The translations under genes were made by a program, and so were the position numbers. The notes under the pieces are model-generated. The model was not told the DNA's origin and made no database searches. It worked only from the letters and a program-made list of their open reading frames with translations. From a virus (lineage: Duplodnaviria; Caudoviricetes), in IMG/VR virus record IMGVR_UViG_2974547928_000001, positions 1 through 64,000 of that record: 64,000 nt of DNA, one strand, 5' to 3'. Positions 18,048 to 28,163 of this stretch are shown piece by piece (positions within the stretch are counted from its first letter, which is position 1; each line of letters starts with the position of its first letter).

Positions 18048-18524
18048 CTAGAGGTCTTGTCCCTCTGGTACATACTCCTCTTTCTTTGCATTATAGAAAA
18101 CAACTAAGTTATCTTCTATTTTGTAATAATGATAGGGGAAAGGTACTTTGAATATACCCTTTTCGGTTTCTCGATCTACTAAGGTTCTAGCACACTCAGG
18201 GCATCCGCTACCAGCTAGATGAGCTTTAGGTGTTTGTAGAAATATCCCTTCATGGACATTACAAAATATAGCCACTGGTACGTCCATTCTTTCATATTCT
18301 ACATTATAGTAACCATATACTCTATCGTGTACTTTTAATGCTCGTTGAACAAACCAAGCATTCTTTGCTAGTTGCCTATACCCAACGTCTAGTTGATTTA
18401 TCTTTCTCAGATTAAGGCTACCATCTCGCTTAGTAAACCTAAAGGCAGGGAAATCTAACATCATATCAATAAATGCGTCTTCTCTAGATTCCCTACCTAG
18501 TTTTCTTATCTCATCTTGTGTCAA
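18048..18524 (-). CDS. Zinc-binding DUF723-like protein
   Basis: V.IFCNVH.G.F.QTPKAHL.GSGCPEC motif. Confidence 0.7.
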   Translation of the reverse strand: MTQDEIRKLGRESREDAFIDMMLDFPAFRFTKRDGSLNLRKINQLDVGYRQLAKNAWFVQRALKVHDRVYGYYNVEYERMDVPVAIFCNVHEGIFLQTPKAHLAGSGCPECARTLVDRETEKGIFKVPFPYHYYKIEDNLVVFYNAKKEEYVPEGQDL

Positions 18525-18937
18525 ATTGCTTCCGTATCATTCACACTTGGAATGTGTGCCATCCCTAGAGGTGAGAAAGATCCTGCTGACTTTTCTGGTC
18601 GTTGCTTTGCAATCCATCCCAGAACAGAACCTCTAGAAAAGACTTTGCCAAACTTATTATATAAATCAATAATCCACATTTTAGCATTTGCATGGATACC
18701 GAAAGAATATACTTGAGAAATCTCTTTAGTAGATTCTTCACCTTTACCAAGGTAAAGGGGCGTGACGCCCAATTCTTTCAAAGCTCCGCGCAACGCTTTT
18801 GCTGTAAAGGTAGTCTCATGCACATGGTTAAAGAATGCTATATCTAATGAGCCATCCATATTTATAAATGCTTCTTCAAATAGAGCCGTTGTATTTGTTC
18901 CTTGAACATATCCCTTGGCGATAAGTAAATCTTTCAT
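18521..18937 (-). CDS. Hypothetical protein
   Basis: 138-aa ORF in operon. Confidence 0.7.
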   Translation of the reverse strand: MKDLLIAKGYVQGTNTTALFEEAFINMDGSLDIAFFNHVHETTFTAKALRGALKELGVTPLYLGKGEESTKEISQVYSFGIHANAKMWIIDLYNKFGKVFSRGSVLGWIAKQRPEKSAGSFSPLGMAHIPSVNDTEAI

Positions 18938-18938
18938 A

Positions 18939-19316
18939 TTATAAACGTCTCCATGAGAATTTGCTCGTATCTAGATCTACGGAGGTACTAACCCCTGTGG
19001 ACTTACCAAGGCTATCCTTAAGTTTAAAAGAGACAGTCTGTACTTTAGGGTGGTAACTGTCAGCTAGTGAGGTTCTTACTGCCTCAAACTCTTCTTCGCC
19101 ATCCTTACTAATGATTACGGGTATGTGTAATGGGATTAGTTCTGTACCTGCTCGCCACTCTTCTGTAATATTAAATGCTAGCCTAGTTGCTACCTTAACT
19201 AGATGGAAATGAGCTGTACCTGTTGGCTTTCTCATGCAGGATGGTTCAGATAGCACCCCACCTAGTAAATCTTGTAAAGTTTCTGCTTCTTCATATGTTA
19301 GGTTTAAATTAATCAT
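18939..19316 (-). CDS. Hypothetical protein
   Basis: 125-aa ORF in operon. Confidence 0.7.
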   Translation of the reverse strand: MINLNLTYEEAETLQDLLGGVLSEPSCMRKPTGTAHFHLVKVATRLAFNITEEWRAGTELIPLHIPVIISKDGEEEFEAVRTSLADSYHPKVQTVSFKLKDSLGKSTGVSTSVDLDTSKFSWRRL

Positions 19317-19470
19317 CTAGTTTCTCCAATTCGCTTGTAAACGCATTTGATAGATTTGTTAGGGCTTCTGCTTCATCTTCCTCAATGTCGTATAAAAACA
19401 TTGAGCTTGCCCATACTAGGAATGTTTCTACATCAGATTGGGATAATGTTATTGTAATTTGTTTACTCAT
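19309..19470 (-). CDS. Small acidic protein
   Basis: Likely start MSKQIT at 19470. Confidence 0.6.
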   Translation of the reverse strand: MSKQITITLSQSDVETFLVWASSMFLYDIEEDEAEALTNLSNAFTSELEKLDD

Positions 19471-19651
19471 TATCCATACCCTGATTCGCCATAGCAAACT
19501 TTGCGTTATCCATAGCTTCATTTAAATCCATAAGTGCATGTAATCGTTCAGCGGAAGTGAACTCTGTACCTGATGTACTCATTTCAGCAATAGCAACCAT
19601 TACTAAATCAATGGTTGATTCCTCTAGTTCTAGAGTTACTTTATTAGACAT
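19463..19651 (-). CDS. Small acidic protein
   Basis: AAGGAG RBS. Confidence 0.65.
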   Translation of the reverse strand: MSNKVTLELEESTIDLVMVAIAEMSTSGTEFTSAERLHALMDLNEAMDNAKFAMANQGMDNE

Positions 19652-19931
19652 TATATAATGCTCCTTTAGCTGTAGTTAATATATTATCTTTGTCTAGCAT
19701 TAGTAAGTGCAGGCATTTACCTTCAGCTTCGAAATCCATAGCAAAATTGTCGTACTCTGGTTGGTTTTCCCATACTACTAAACTTCCGTGAGGGTCAACA
19801 CTCCAATGTTTTGCCCATACAGGAACCCGTATGGATAAGACTCCGAAATATGCGGATAGACTATATCCCCCACACTTTAGTATGTACTCCTCAGTGTGGG
19901 GTTTTCCAAAAAGTTTATTTATCAGTCCCAT
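19644..19931 (-). CDS. Hypothetical protein
   Basis: VPVWAKHWSVDPHG..WENQP, a common phage small-protein motif. Confidence 0.7.
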   Translation of the reverse strand: MGLINKLFGKPHTEEYILKCGGYSLSAYFGVLSIRVPVWAKHWSVDPHGSLVVWENQPEYDNFAMDFEAEGKCLHLLMLDKDNILTTAKGALYNV

Positions 19932-20208
19932 CTTGAATCCTTTTAATTCTAGAAATTAGTTGGATTCTATCTGTTTGCTTCATTGGAGTAGTTGCAACAG
20001 CATGGTGAATACGTGCAATTAACATCTCCTCCCGTAAGATCAGATTTTCTTCTGTTTCCAGAATTTTAGCATCTAGGTTCCTGATAGCTTCTTTTGTGTT
20101 ATTGGCGTATCGAAATAGTCTATCTTGAGAACCTTTATAGGCAATACCTAAACCAATATTGCCAAGTATAGAGATTACTAATAACCCTATAACTGACTCT
20201 AAAATCAT
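19915..20208 (-). CDS. Membrane-anchored coiled-coil protein
   Basis: N-terminal TM helix. Confidence 0.7.
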   Translation of the reverse strand: MILESVIGLLVISILGNIGLGIAYKGSQDRLFRYANNTKEAIRNLDAKILETEENLILREEMLIARIHHAVATTPMKQTDRIQLISRIKRIQDGTDK

Positions 20209-20209
20209 A

Positions 20210-20485
20210 TTATTTCCTTTTTTGTAATGAACGCTCTAGTGATGCGATGCGTCGCTCTGCAACTGCTAAGTGTTCTTTAGCAAATCGCTCTTGGCGACGA
20301 GCTTCTGCATGAGCTACAGCGTTTTGAGTTAATTGTTCGTACATAACGTTAAGAGTTGCGATACTCATCTTCATAAACTGAGAATGGAACTCTGCGATAT
20401 CCATGCCCATTAGGATAAGTAAAGTGTTACACATCTCTTTCTTATCTAATTTTAAATCTTGCATAGCTGAACTTAGTTTTTTCAT
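20210..20485 (-). CDS. Hypothetical protein
   Basis: GAGG RBS, promoter upstream. Confidence 0.75.
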   Translation of the reverse strand: MKKLSSAMQDLKLDKKEMCNTLLILMGMDIAEFHSQFMKMSIATLNVMYEQLTQNAVAHAEARRQERFAKEHLAVAERRIASLERSLQKRK

Positions 20486-20543
20486 AATTATTCCTCATTT
20501 CAATTTATAAACATATTATATCAAGAATATCGCAACTTTGCAA

Positions 20544-20744
20544 CTACTTTTCTAAAGGAATATATGTATATGTATAATAAGTATTTGGTGTACCTTTCAA
20601 GTTCTTTTCACGTTCGTAATCTTCCGCTTCCATATCTGATATCCAGTCTTTGGCTTCTTTTTCAGTATGGAAAGTATTTACCCAGGTACTTGTACCCCAC
20701 CCCAGTTCATAGCAATTAACTACTACTTTATGCCTCTTTTCCAT
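20544..20744 (-). CDS. Small hypothetical protein
   Basis: AAGGA RBS. Confidence 0.65.
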   Translation of the reverse strand: MEKRHKVVVNCYELGWGTSTWVNTFHTEKEAKDWISDMEAEDYEREKNLKGTPNTYYTYTYIPLEK

Positions 20745-20896
20745 GTTTGATCCTTTTTAGGTGTACACAAATAAACTGTATATGCTACATCAATATCTTT
20801 AATAGCTTTTTCTAGTTCCGCTATACTGGCGTACCAATTAATCCAGGAAGGAGCACCTAACGGTCTAATCTTAACCCCAAATTTACTACGCATAAA

Positions 20897-21709
20897 TTAC
20901 TCCTTAGTAGGTACTAAGAAATCTGTAAAAGTACCATCTGCATTAGCTCTAGTTACGGTTAAATTACCGTCTTTCCATCCGCAACCAGTATCTAGATATA
21001 CTCTATTACTGATGTTTAGTCTATCAGCACTATAGGTATGACCATGAATGGTGTAGTCTACCCCCGCAATTTTAGGGAAGTACTCACCCCTATCAAATCC
21101 CTTACGTACTGTACGATCCCATAGCATGGTCAATACTAACTCTCTATGCAACAAAGGATCATTAATAGCTTCTGTAAGCATCTGAACAATACCATCCCAA
21201 TCTGCTGGGATATCAATATAGTCTTGGGTAGCGTAGTCTCTCCAGAATTTAAAGAACTTAGGGATACCTGCATGGCTTACCCCAAATCTAAGATTCCCAT
21301 ATGTAACTGTTTTAGTTAGTGGTAAGCTAGTTAATTTTCTTAAAAGTATTGGGTCAAAACCATTGCTATCTGGGTCTGGGTAATCTAAAGACCAAGTACC
21401 GCCGTTGCCCATCCAATTTACATAGTCATCCACAACTGGAAAGAAGTCATGGTTTCCCATCACTGGGTGGAACCATCTCTCACCAATAAGCATTACAACT
21501 CTAGCGCTATTTGGACCTCGGTCAATAAGATCTCCTACTGAAACTAGGAAATCTTTATCAAAGTCAAAGTCTGCTTTATGCAACGCTTTCATTAAGTGAT
21601 CGTAGTGACCATGAATGTCACCAACGAAGAATAGTTTTGCATCTGGTGGCACATCCAAGGTATCATTATGTTTGATACCTATAAAGTTTTGTGTATTAAC
21701 TTGTTGCAT
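20897..21709 (-). CDS. Ser/Thr protein phosphatase (calcineurin-like metallophosphoesterase)
   Basis: GDIHG, VGDLIDRGP, GNHD, HAG, HGHT, DTG motifs. Confidence 0.92.
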   Translation of the reverse strand: MQQVNTQNFIGIKHNDTLDVPPDAKLFFVGDIHGHYDHLMKALHKADFDFDKDFLVSVGDLIDRGPNSARVVMLIGERWFHPVMGNHDFFPVVDDYVNWMGNGGTWSLDYPDPDSNGFDPILLRKLTSLPLTKTVTYGNLRFGVSHAGIPKFFKFWRDYATQDYIDIPADWDGIVQMLTEAINDPLLHRELVLTMLWDRTVRKGFDRGEYFPKIAGVDYTIHGHTYSADRLNISNRVYLDTGCGWKDGNLTVTRANADGTFTDFLVPTKE

Positions 21710-21724
21710 AGAGCGTCTCCCGCT

Positions 21725-22138
21725 TCATAGGTTGTTAAATGCTTCTAATAGCTCAGTCATTGACTTTACAGTAATAGAGCTGAACTCTAAATCTTTGCCA
21801 AACATTGTTTTAAGTGCATCAATGTAAGGTTGTTTTAGTCTACCAGTAGGTACTTCAACTTTAGTAAACTTTCCTTTAACTTTAGCGCAATCCTCAACAG
21901 CTTCTAGTGTAGGTAAAGGTAGCTTTTCAATAGTAAGATCTGCACCAATACGCTCACTAATATAGTTTGAGATATCTCTGCGTGTTCTTTTCTTACTTGC
22001 CACTGTTTTAGTACCTCTATTAAGTTTGCGGTCTATTTTACTCTGTAATTTTTCGGGTTCGTGTTTTAAATAATTATCTAATTCTGACGGGCTAATGCGT
22101 AGAAACTCGCACATTTGCTCGTAGTAGCGACTGGACAT
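21725..22138 (-). CDS. Hypothetical protein next to the lysis genes
   Basis: AGGAG RBS, own promoter. Confidence 0.8.
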   Translation of the reverse strand: MSSRYYEQMCEFLRISPSELDNYLKHEPEKLQSKIDRKLNRGTKTVASKKRTRRDISNYISERIGADLTIEKLPLPTLEAVEDCAKVKGKFTKVEVPTGRLKQPYIDALKTMFGKDLEFSSITVKSMTELLEAFNNL

Positions 22139-22495
22139 TCTTTTGATCTCCTATCTCGCAATTTATACATATATTATACTAAAATTTTAGTAAGTTGGCA
22201 AGTACATTTTTTAACGCATTCACCACATTTGGTGTACTCTATGAATGATCATACCTAATAGACCTGATATAACGACCAGTATTAAGCAGGTTTCTACGCT
22301 TAGTCCTACATGGATTGCTATGCTAGTGCTCATTCCTAGAGCTATAGCGAGTAGCATTGATATCACTAATACTAAAGACTTAGGCACTTAATACCCCCAT
22401 AAGTAAAATCACTGGAAACGTTATCAAAATAAACCAAATCATAGCTTTGGTATCTGTGCTCATTGAATTGTACCAACCAATAAGTTTAGTTTTCA

Positions 22496-22687
22496 TTATT
22501 CGATCTCCACTACCATAGTATCTTCAATCTCTGCGTCACTTCTAGCAAGATCAAACACATCTGCATCTATAACGCCGAGGTCTTCCGACATCCTTTGCGC
22601 TTCTTCTAGACTCTCTGCGTCAACCTCAATATGACATGTACCTCTAACGTAGCCAGAGAAGTAGTGACTAATACGGAACTTCTTCAT
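22496..22687 (-). CDS. Small hypothetical protein
   Basis: AAGGA RBS, own promoter. Confidence 0.65.
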   Translation of the reverse strand: MKKFRISHYFSGYVRGTCHIEVDAESLEEAQRMSEDLGVIDADVFDLARSDAEIEDTMVVEIE

Positions 22688-22791
22688 AAAATAATCCTTT
22701 CTTATCAATTTATATAAATATTATATCAAAAATCGTAGTATTTGTCAACTAAAAAGAAAAGGGAACTACCTTTCGATAGTTCCCTTTATTA

Positions 22792-23298
22792 TTATCTAGT
22801 TGATCCCACTAACTCTGCATCACCTATTGGTAGGTCATAATCTATAGTGTAGTTACCTTCTGGGAATACGTATCCTTGTATTAGTCCGGTTTTGAATGCT
22901 TTTACGCATACCATATCGCTTTGATTACCACCTAATACTAATAATAACCCACTTGAGGTTTTACCTACTACATACCCAACATGACCGTTACCGTTAGGGT
23001 ACTTAAACACTACTATACACCCAAAAGCTGGCTTACTCAATCTGGTTCCATAACCTAGCCAGTACTGAGAACTAGCTTTATTGTATTGACTGGTGCTGGT
23101 AGTAGGTAGCCCTGCTCTGGTTAGCGTACCGCCAACAAACCCAGAGCACCATGGTATAGTTGTTGGACTGCCCATTAGACCACTCATCTTAAAGTCTTTC
23201 CACAGTTTATCTACCTCAGCACCACCATCTTTAGTTGCTTCATGTATCCCTAGTAGTTTATACCCCTCAACTAACCAAGGTAATCCTCTCGTCTCCAT
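22792..23298 (-). CDS. Endolysin, CHAP/NlpC-P60 type (TIGR02594-like)
   Basis: PWCSGFV catalytic Cys, GHVG His, LGGNQ; directly after holin; ATG at 23298 with AGGAG. Confidence 0.85.
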   Translation of the reverse strand: METRGLPWLVEGYKLLGIHEATKDGGAEVDKLWKDFKMSGLMGSPTTIPWCSGFVGGTLTRAGLPTTSTSQYNKASSQYWLGYGTRLSKPAFGCIVVFKYPNGNGHVGYVVGKTSSGLLLVLGGNQSDMVCVKAFKTGLIQGYVFPEGNYTIDYDLPIGDAELVGSTR

Positions 23299-23306
23299 AA
23301 TATCTC

Positions 23307-23963
23307 CTATAGAGCCCTGCCTAAGGCTCTCGCAGGTGTTGAGCACACTCTATATAGGTAATTTTCTAGATCACCCATATGTGCATCATCTGCTGGTATC
23401 TCTCTCCAGGCTATACCAATGTAGCCTGAGTATATATTATCTAAATTAAAGAATGGGCATGTGTATACGTAGCTGAACTCAACGTTCTTAAATGCCGGTA
23501 TATCTGATCCCTTAAAATAGACCCTTTCTTCGGGGGATGAAACTACATAGTTTATCCCAGCCAACTGCTCCATATATAGGTTGCTAGTCTTATCAACTGG
23601 CTTGAGTTCATAATCCTCTTTAGGTAAAGGTATCGCACTTTCCCAATAGATTATCTTCTGATAGTCATTAACAGCGGTAGGTTCGTATTTGTAAACAAAC
23701 ACCGCATCAGCTCTAGTTTGCAAATATAGTGCTTGAGCCTTTTCCGTAGCAACTTCTGGAAATTTAGCTTCCCTTAGTAGCTGTTGTTCAGCGATTATCT
23801 TTGAAGAAGAGAAGTTTGACATATACTCCCCTATATCGGCATGGTACTCTACTAGGATAAATATAAGAGTACCCATCAACAACGTGGCACTATTACGTAA
23901 CAAATCCTTTGGATTACTAATTTGACTAAATAGGAGCGTTAGCAGTTTTATTAAATTGTCCAC
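23307..23963 (-). CDS. Holin (T4 T/T5 type)
   Basis: 218 aa, single N-terminal TM, YTCPFFNLDNIYSGYI periplasmic domain. Confidence 0.88.
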   Translation of the reverse strand: MDNLIKLLTLLFSQISNPKDLLRNSATLLMGTLIFILVEYHADIGEYMSNFSSSKIIAEQQLLREAKFPEVATEKAQALYLQTRADAVFVYKYEPTAVNDYQKIIYWESAIPLPKEDYELKPVDKTSNLYMEQLAGINYVVSSPEERVYFKGSDIPAFKNVEFSYVYTCPFFNLDNIYSGYIGIAWREIPADDAHMGDLENYLYRVCSTPARALGRAL

Positions 23964-24122
23964 AAATTTCTCACCTCCTGATAATACTATTATACCAGAA
24001 GCGCACGCATTTTACAAGTAAATATTATAATTCTGCCCTAACATATTATCATACAATTGTCAAGTATATTTTCTATTTCCAACAAAAAAGCCACCTTGAA
24101 GTATCAGGGTGGCTTTATACAA

Positions 24123-24713
24123 CTAATTAGATTCCATGTATTCTTTGATGGCTGCCTGTCTATACTTAGATAACTTATCTAAGCGAGTAGATAAGTCCTC
24201 TCCTGAGAAATACACGTCATCTTTATAAGTAAAGATTCTTTGCTCAACTTCTTCTTTACTCATAAATGGAACTACAAAATAGTCCATTAATGCTGACATA
24301 ATCTGATCTAGGTTAGCAATAGCTGCGTGATTGTTATTACCAGTTCCGTATGTTCCTCCAGTTGAGGTATGTAACATTACATAGGATACTGGATATACAA
24401 CCCATTCATGACATGCTAAGAAAATAAATGCATGACCTGAGCAAGCTGAGCCTTGCAAGTGACCAACAACAGTAGCACTAGATGATGCAATAGCATTACA
24501 CAACTGCATAGTAGTACTAAGATCACCCCCAGGTCCGTTGATATACAGATTAATAACGTCTGCTTCGGTAGCCATACTAAGTACAGTAATTAGATCTCTA
24601 TAGTTAGAGGGATCACCAATAGGCTCATCCATATGATAATTATACACCGTGGAACCTACCTGTGCGGTAAGTACTGGTTGTTTTAGGGAAATAACTCCAT
24701 CTTCTTCAAACAT
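24123..24713 (-). CDS. ClpP-like protease
   Basis: LYINGPGG, ACS catalytic Ser, MLH His. Confidence 0.85.
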   Translation of the reverse strand: MFEEDGVISLKQPVLTAQVGSTVYNYHMDEPIGDPSNYRDLITVLSMATEADVINLYINGPGGDLSTTMQLCNAIASSSATVVGHLQGSACSGHAFIFLACHEWVVYPVSYVMLHTSTGGTYGTGNNNHAAIANLDQIMSALMDYFVVPFMSKEEVEQRIFTYKDDVYFSGEDLSTRLDKLSKYRQAAIKEYMESN

Positions 24714-24714
24714 A

Positions 24715-25461
24715 TTAGCGCTCCTCTAGTAAGCTATCTACAAATCGTAAAGGCAGGGTTGGATACAGTTCTGTTGATAAGGTAAAGGCTAACTTATCTA
24801 ACCCCTCAAATGTATTATCAATTTTAATATCATAGTAATCTAGTTTCTGGGCACTAGGATGGTTTGTACTTTTGGTAGCAAACTTTTTAACACTACTAAC
24901 TATCTGTACTATCTCTCCACCACTACTTTTAACGTATTCAATTTCATTAGGAAAACGAACATCAGTGATAATTATTACATCTGAGCAGGCTGAGCTTATC
25001 TTTTGGTCTACTAAATTAAGCCACAGGTCTGTGTCCACTCTATCTCTACCAAGTTCTGTACCAGTTAGCTGTAATAACTCACGTGGTGATAAATAAAACG
25101 AGTAGACTGCATCTGGAAGGATATTAGGCTCCCCGAATTTAGGCAGTAGATCGTTATGTATCCACTCAGAGACGCAGTACGGGAAGTCACCGTAGCTTCC
25201 AATACCAATCTCGTCCCAGTAGTCACTAGCATCTATAAGGCTCTGCTCAGTAAAGCACATATGAATTCTTTCTTCTTTATAGTCCCTATTTTGCATATAC
25301 TCAATAGGTATACCGGAAAGTTTTGATGCCAAAGCATAGAGTGCATCACCAAAGCCTATACGGTCAACTTGAAAGTGTACACTCTCTCCTGCCCCTTTTA
25401 AAAGTTGAGCTACTGTGTCTTTCCCAACACCAGCATCACCGGTAAGTCCTAGTAAAATCAT
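24715..25461 (-). CDS. dnk: Deoxynucleoside monophosphate kinase
   Basis: GDAGVGKDT P-loop, PRELLQLTGTE, ITDVRFPNE. Confidence 0.92.
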   Translation of the reverse strand: MILLGLTGDAGVGKDTVAQLLKGAGESVHFQVDRIGFGDALYALASKLSGIPIEYMQNRDYKEERIHMCFTEQSLIDASDYWDEIGIGSYGDFPYCVSEWIHNDLLPKFGEPNILPDAVYSFYLSPRELLQLTGTELGRDRVDTDLWLNLVDQKISSACSDVIIITDVRFPNEIEYVKSSGGEIVQIVSSVKKFATKSTNHPSAQKLDYYDIKIDNTFEGLDKLAFTLSTELYPTLPLRFVDSLLEER

Positions 25462-25769
25462 TTACAATTTTCCCCTTTATTATTTGTATAGTAACATAGC
25501 GTATTATTAATATCTTTTAAATATCTTACATAGTCTCTTGTGCATTTGGAGTAGTCAATATACTCAGAATAAGGTATAGCTATATACGCCTTCCCATCCA
25601 CGACCTGAATAGATAAGTTATGTACTGAACAACTTTCCACAGGCTTAGGTAAGGCTATAATAGGCTTAGATACTTCTATAATCTTAGGTGGCGGTATATA
25701 TGGTTCGCTAGCACAGCCTACAAGACCTAGCACAATTATTGACAAGAGTCCTCGTCTCCAGTTAGACAT
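25458..25769 (-). CDS. Outer-membrane spanin (o-spanin)
   Basis: Lipobox LVGC, Pro-rich, overlaps i-spanin. Confidence 0.75.
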   Translation of the reverse strand: MSNWRRGLLSIIVLGLVGCASEPYIPPPKIIEVSKPIIALPKPVESCSVHNLSIQVVDGKAYIAIPYSEYIDYSKCTRDYVRYLKDINNTLCYYTNNKGENCK

Positions 25770-26143
25770 GATATCTCCTTTCCGGTTTGATTTACAGCTC
25801 GTTCTATAGCTTTTGCCGCTAAAGTTGGTTTAGCAATAAGTATATGTTCTCTTCCCCTAGCAGACTCTATTTTAGATGATTCCGCTTCGCGAATTGTCTG
25901 TGATGTCTGCCTATGTATTACTATATTATTAATATCACCAGCCATGACATCCATTCTAGTATGTAACTCAGATAACGAGGATTGTAGGTCTCTATTATCT
26001 TTTGTAAGCATCAACGCCTGGCTTTCCAGTGCATTAATCGTTTTGTTTTGGTAATACATAACTTGAATAAGTCCAAAACCTATAATAAGCACGGCTATAG
26101 TGGGTGCTATATTTCTTTTTAAAAAATCAATTAGTATTCCCAC
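25736..26143 (-). CDS. Inner-membrane spanin (i-spanin)
   Basis: N-terminal TM plus coiled coil, C-terminal Cys. Confidence 0.75.
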   Translation of the reverse strand: MGILIDFLKRNIAPTIAVLIIGFGLIQVMYYQNKTINALESQALMLTKDNRDLQSSLSELHTRMDVMAGDINNIVIHRQTSQTIREAESSKIESARGREHILIAKPTLAAKAIERAVNQTGKEISCLTGDEDSCQ

Positions 26144-26552
26144 TTATAACTCCTTTACGCATAAGAAACATCTCTATTTCCTTGTGCATACGAACAGCAT
26201 TACTCTCTAGAAAATTTAAGATGGCAGTCTGCTTGTATACCGGTGGGTTAATATATACTACATGCTGTGATCCTACATTCGGTACTACAACTACTATTGG
26301 GGCTACGTCAACTAAATTAGATAGGGTTTCTGGAGCTTCTGAAATGGGATTTATGCCTATCAAGTTTATAAGTGTATTACCCTGAATTTCATACCAATTA
26401 TCCAAATACTTAATATAAGCAGTTGCTGGATCTATATATTGACTGTCTGCATCTAATAGGAACCGGTCGCTTTTTCTCTCCCAAATCCTATCCGACTTAC
26501 CAAACCTATGTTGTAAGTCGTAAAAGTCCATGTACTCAGATAATATCTTCAT
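26127..26552 (-). CDS. Hypothetical protein
   Basis: 141-aa ORF in operon. Confidence 0.7.
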   Translation of the reverse strand: MKILSEYMDFYDLQHRFGKSDRIWERKSDRFLLDADSQYIDPATAYIKYLDNWYEIQGNTLINLIGINPISEAPETLSNLVDVAPIVVVVPNVGSQHVVYINPPVYKQTAILNFLESNAVRMHKEIEMFLMRKGVISGNTN

Positions 26553-26832
26553 AAGAACAAATCCCTCTTAAAGTGTCACTAAGCACGTACGAGAACATCC
26601 CTAGTATGGCTCCGGCACAGTATACCTGTAATTTAAACATTAAATATGGCTTTATAATCTTAGTCTCCTCATACTCACGTATACTAAGCATAGTCTTACG
26701 ATTACGTTTCCATGAATTGTACAACCAATAACGTATACATATAACGTCCTTTGCTGAAAGGCTTCTGAATACTACATACGTATTAAATAATCCTACAAGT
26801 GCCCAGAGCATTATTAATAAATAAATAATCAT
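26536..26832 (-). CDS. Membrane protein
   Basis: GGAGG RBS, hydrophobic N-terminus. Confidence 0.7.
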   Translation of the reverse strand: MIIYLLIMLWALVGLFNTYVVFRSLSAKDVICIRYWLYNSWKRNRKTMLSIREYEETKIIKPYLMFKLQVYCAGAILGMFSYVLSDTLRGICSYEDII

Positions 26833-27005
26833 AATAATCCTCCTTTATTATATAGATATTATACTATAATTATGCCACGAGGTCAATAAAAATTTTTATA
26901 TTGTAAGTATTTCCCCGCGCCTTGCCAGTAAGTCAATATCGCAGAATTAATTTGTTACGTGTACAAAAAAGGGATCGCATTTCTGCAATCCCTTATATGT
27001 GAATT

Positions 27006-27278
27006 CTACGGTCTATTAATAATCTGAATAGTTTTACCATCCTCATTTAGAAGATACGCGCTTACTTCTCGGTAAATTACAATGTCCCCATCACCTGTTC
27101 TAATAACTGCGGATACATTTTCTATACCAGTTATAGATCTACCTTTTAAGATTTCAGGTCTACTCCCTAAAGGGATATACGTAGTGGTTTCAAATATACG
27201 ATATTGACCCTCTACTGCTGTGTTAAGCTTCGCCTCTTCATCTGAGAAACAACGAACTAACTTTAATACAAATTCCAT
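27006..27278 (-). CDS. Hypothetical protein
   Basis: AYLLNEDGKTI motif. Confidence 0.7.
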   Translation of the reverse strand: MEFVLKLVRCFSDEEAKLNTAVEGQYRIFETTTYIPLGSRPEILKGRSITGIENVSAVIRTGDGDIVIYREVSAYLLNEDGKTIQIINRP

Positions 27279-27546
27279 AATTACTATTCCTATTTATTAC
27301 TATTAGTAGTATTGTAGGTAAGCCACCTACTTGGCATTCTAGCTTTTGCTAGTAATTGGATTTATAGATTATATGATCTATTCATAAGCTCAGTATACGA
27401 GCATTGCTTAGGTCTGGCAAGTATAGTCTCATTGAGTTTATTAACAATATTATCGATATCTTGTTTAGTTAGCTCAATCTTTCTTGCTCTATCAATTAGT
27501 TCCTCTATTGTCATCAGTTAAGTACCTTTGGATATTCTATTGTGTT

Positions 27547-27624
27547 TGGGGTGACGGACGGGATTCGAACCCGCGTATTCCTGAATCACAATCAGGGGCA
27601 TTATCCAACTATGCTACCGACACA
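27547..27624 (-). tRNA. tRNA-His(GUG)
   Basis: Cloverleaf, C73, encoded CCA, U at -1. Confidence 0.9.
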
Positions 27625-27682
27625 TTTAAGAACCCTACTATAAGATTCTTAAATGTAGACGATAGCGTCTACAATATTAACT

Positions 27683-27757
27683 TGGTGCACCCTGTTGGTA
27701 ACGATCCAACCTCTCAGGCTCTTCAGGCTAGTGCTAATCCATCTCAGCTAAAGGTGC
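27683..27757 (-). tRNA. tRNA-Phe(GAA), atypical
   Basis: Loop CU-GAA-GA; T-loop AUCGUUA; mismatched anticodon stem; CCA. Confidence 0.8.
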
Positions 27758-27767
27758 TTTACTTATA

Positions 27768-28160
27768 CTAACGAATATCAATATCTGGAATAATTACAGA
27801 TGGTTTGAACACAACACGATAATGGTACTTACTTACGGATACTGGGTCAACCTGTTCCATGAAGAAAGTAACGTTATCGGATAAACCTAGCAGGTGCTTT
27901 TTATACTGATTATTACCTACCTTGCAAACTACGCCTAGAACATGCTCAGTACTGGTGTTGTCTCGAGTACACAAACCCTCAATTGTTAACATGTAATCAC
28001 CAGTAATGCCATTATAAAATACAATTCTTCGTTGTACTTCAAAGTTATCCGAGGACTTACTCAGGTTATGGGATGCTACGTCAGAGTCAGCAGGACACCC
28101 AGTTAATAACATTACTGATGATAGTACAATTGCCGACATAATTGCTTTTAAGCGTTTCAT
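27768..28160 (-). CDS. Conserved phage lipoprotein
   Basis: Lipobox LTGC; RRIVFYNGIT...LGLSDNVT. Confidence 0.8.
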   Translation of the reverse strand: MKRLKAIMSAIVLSSVMLLTGCPADSDVASHNLSKSSDNFEVQRRIVFYNGITGDYMLTIEGLCTRDNTSTEHVLGVVCKVGNNQYKKHLLGLSDNVTFFMEQVDPVSVSKYHYRVVFKPSVIIPDIDIR

Positions 28161-28163
28161 TTA

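Noticed and set aside
18048-18524. Homing endonuclease call
   Set aside because: Only the zinc-binding repeat is present; no HNH, GIY-YIG or other nuclease motif is visible
27484-27771. ORFs spanning tRNA or ncRNA genes (27484..27771, 37096..37281, 37112..37315, 37436..37618)
   Set aside because: Explained by tRNA, promoter and ncRNA sequence; no translation signals
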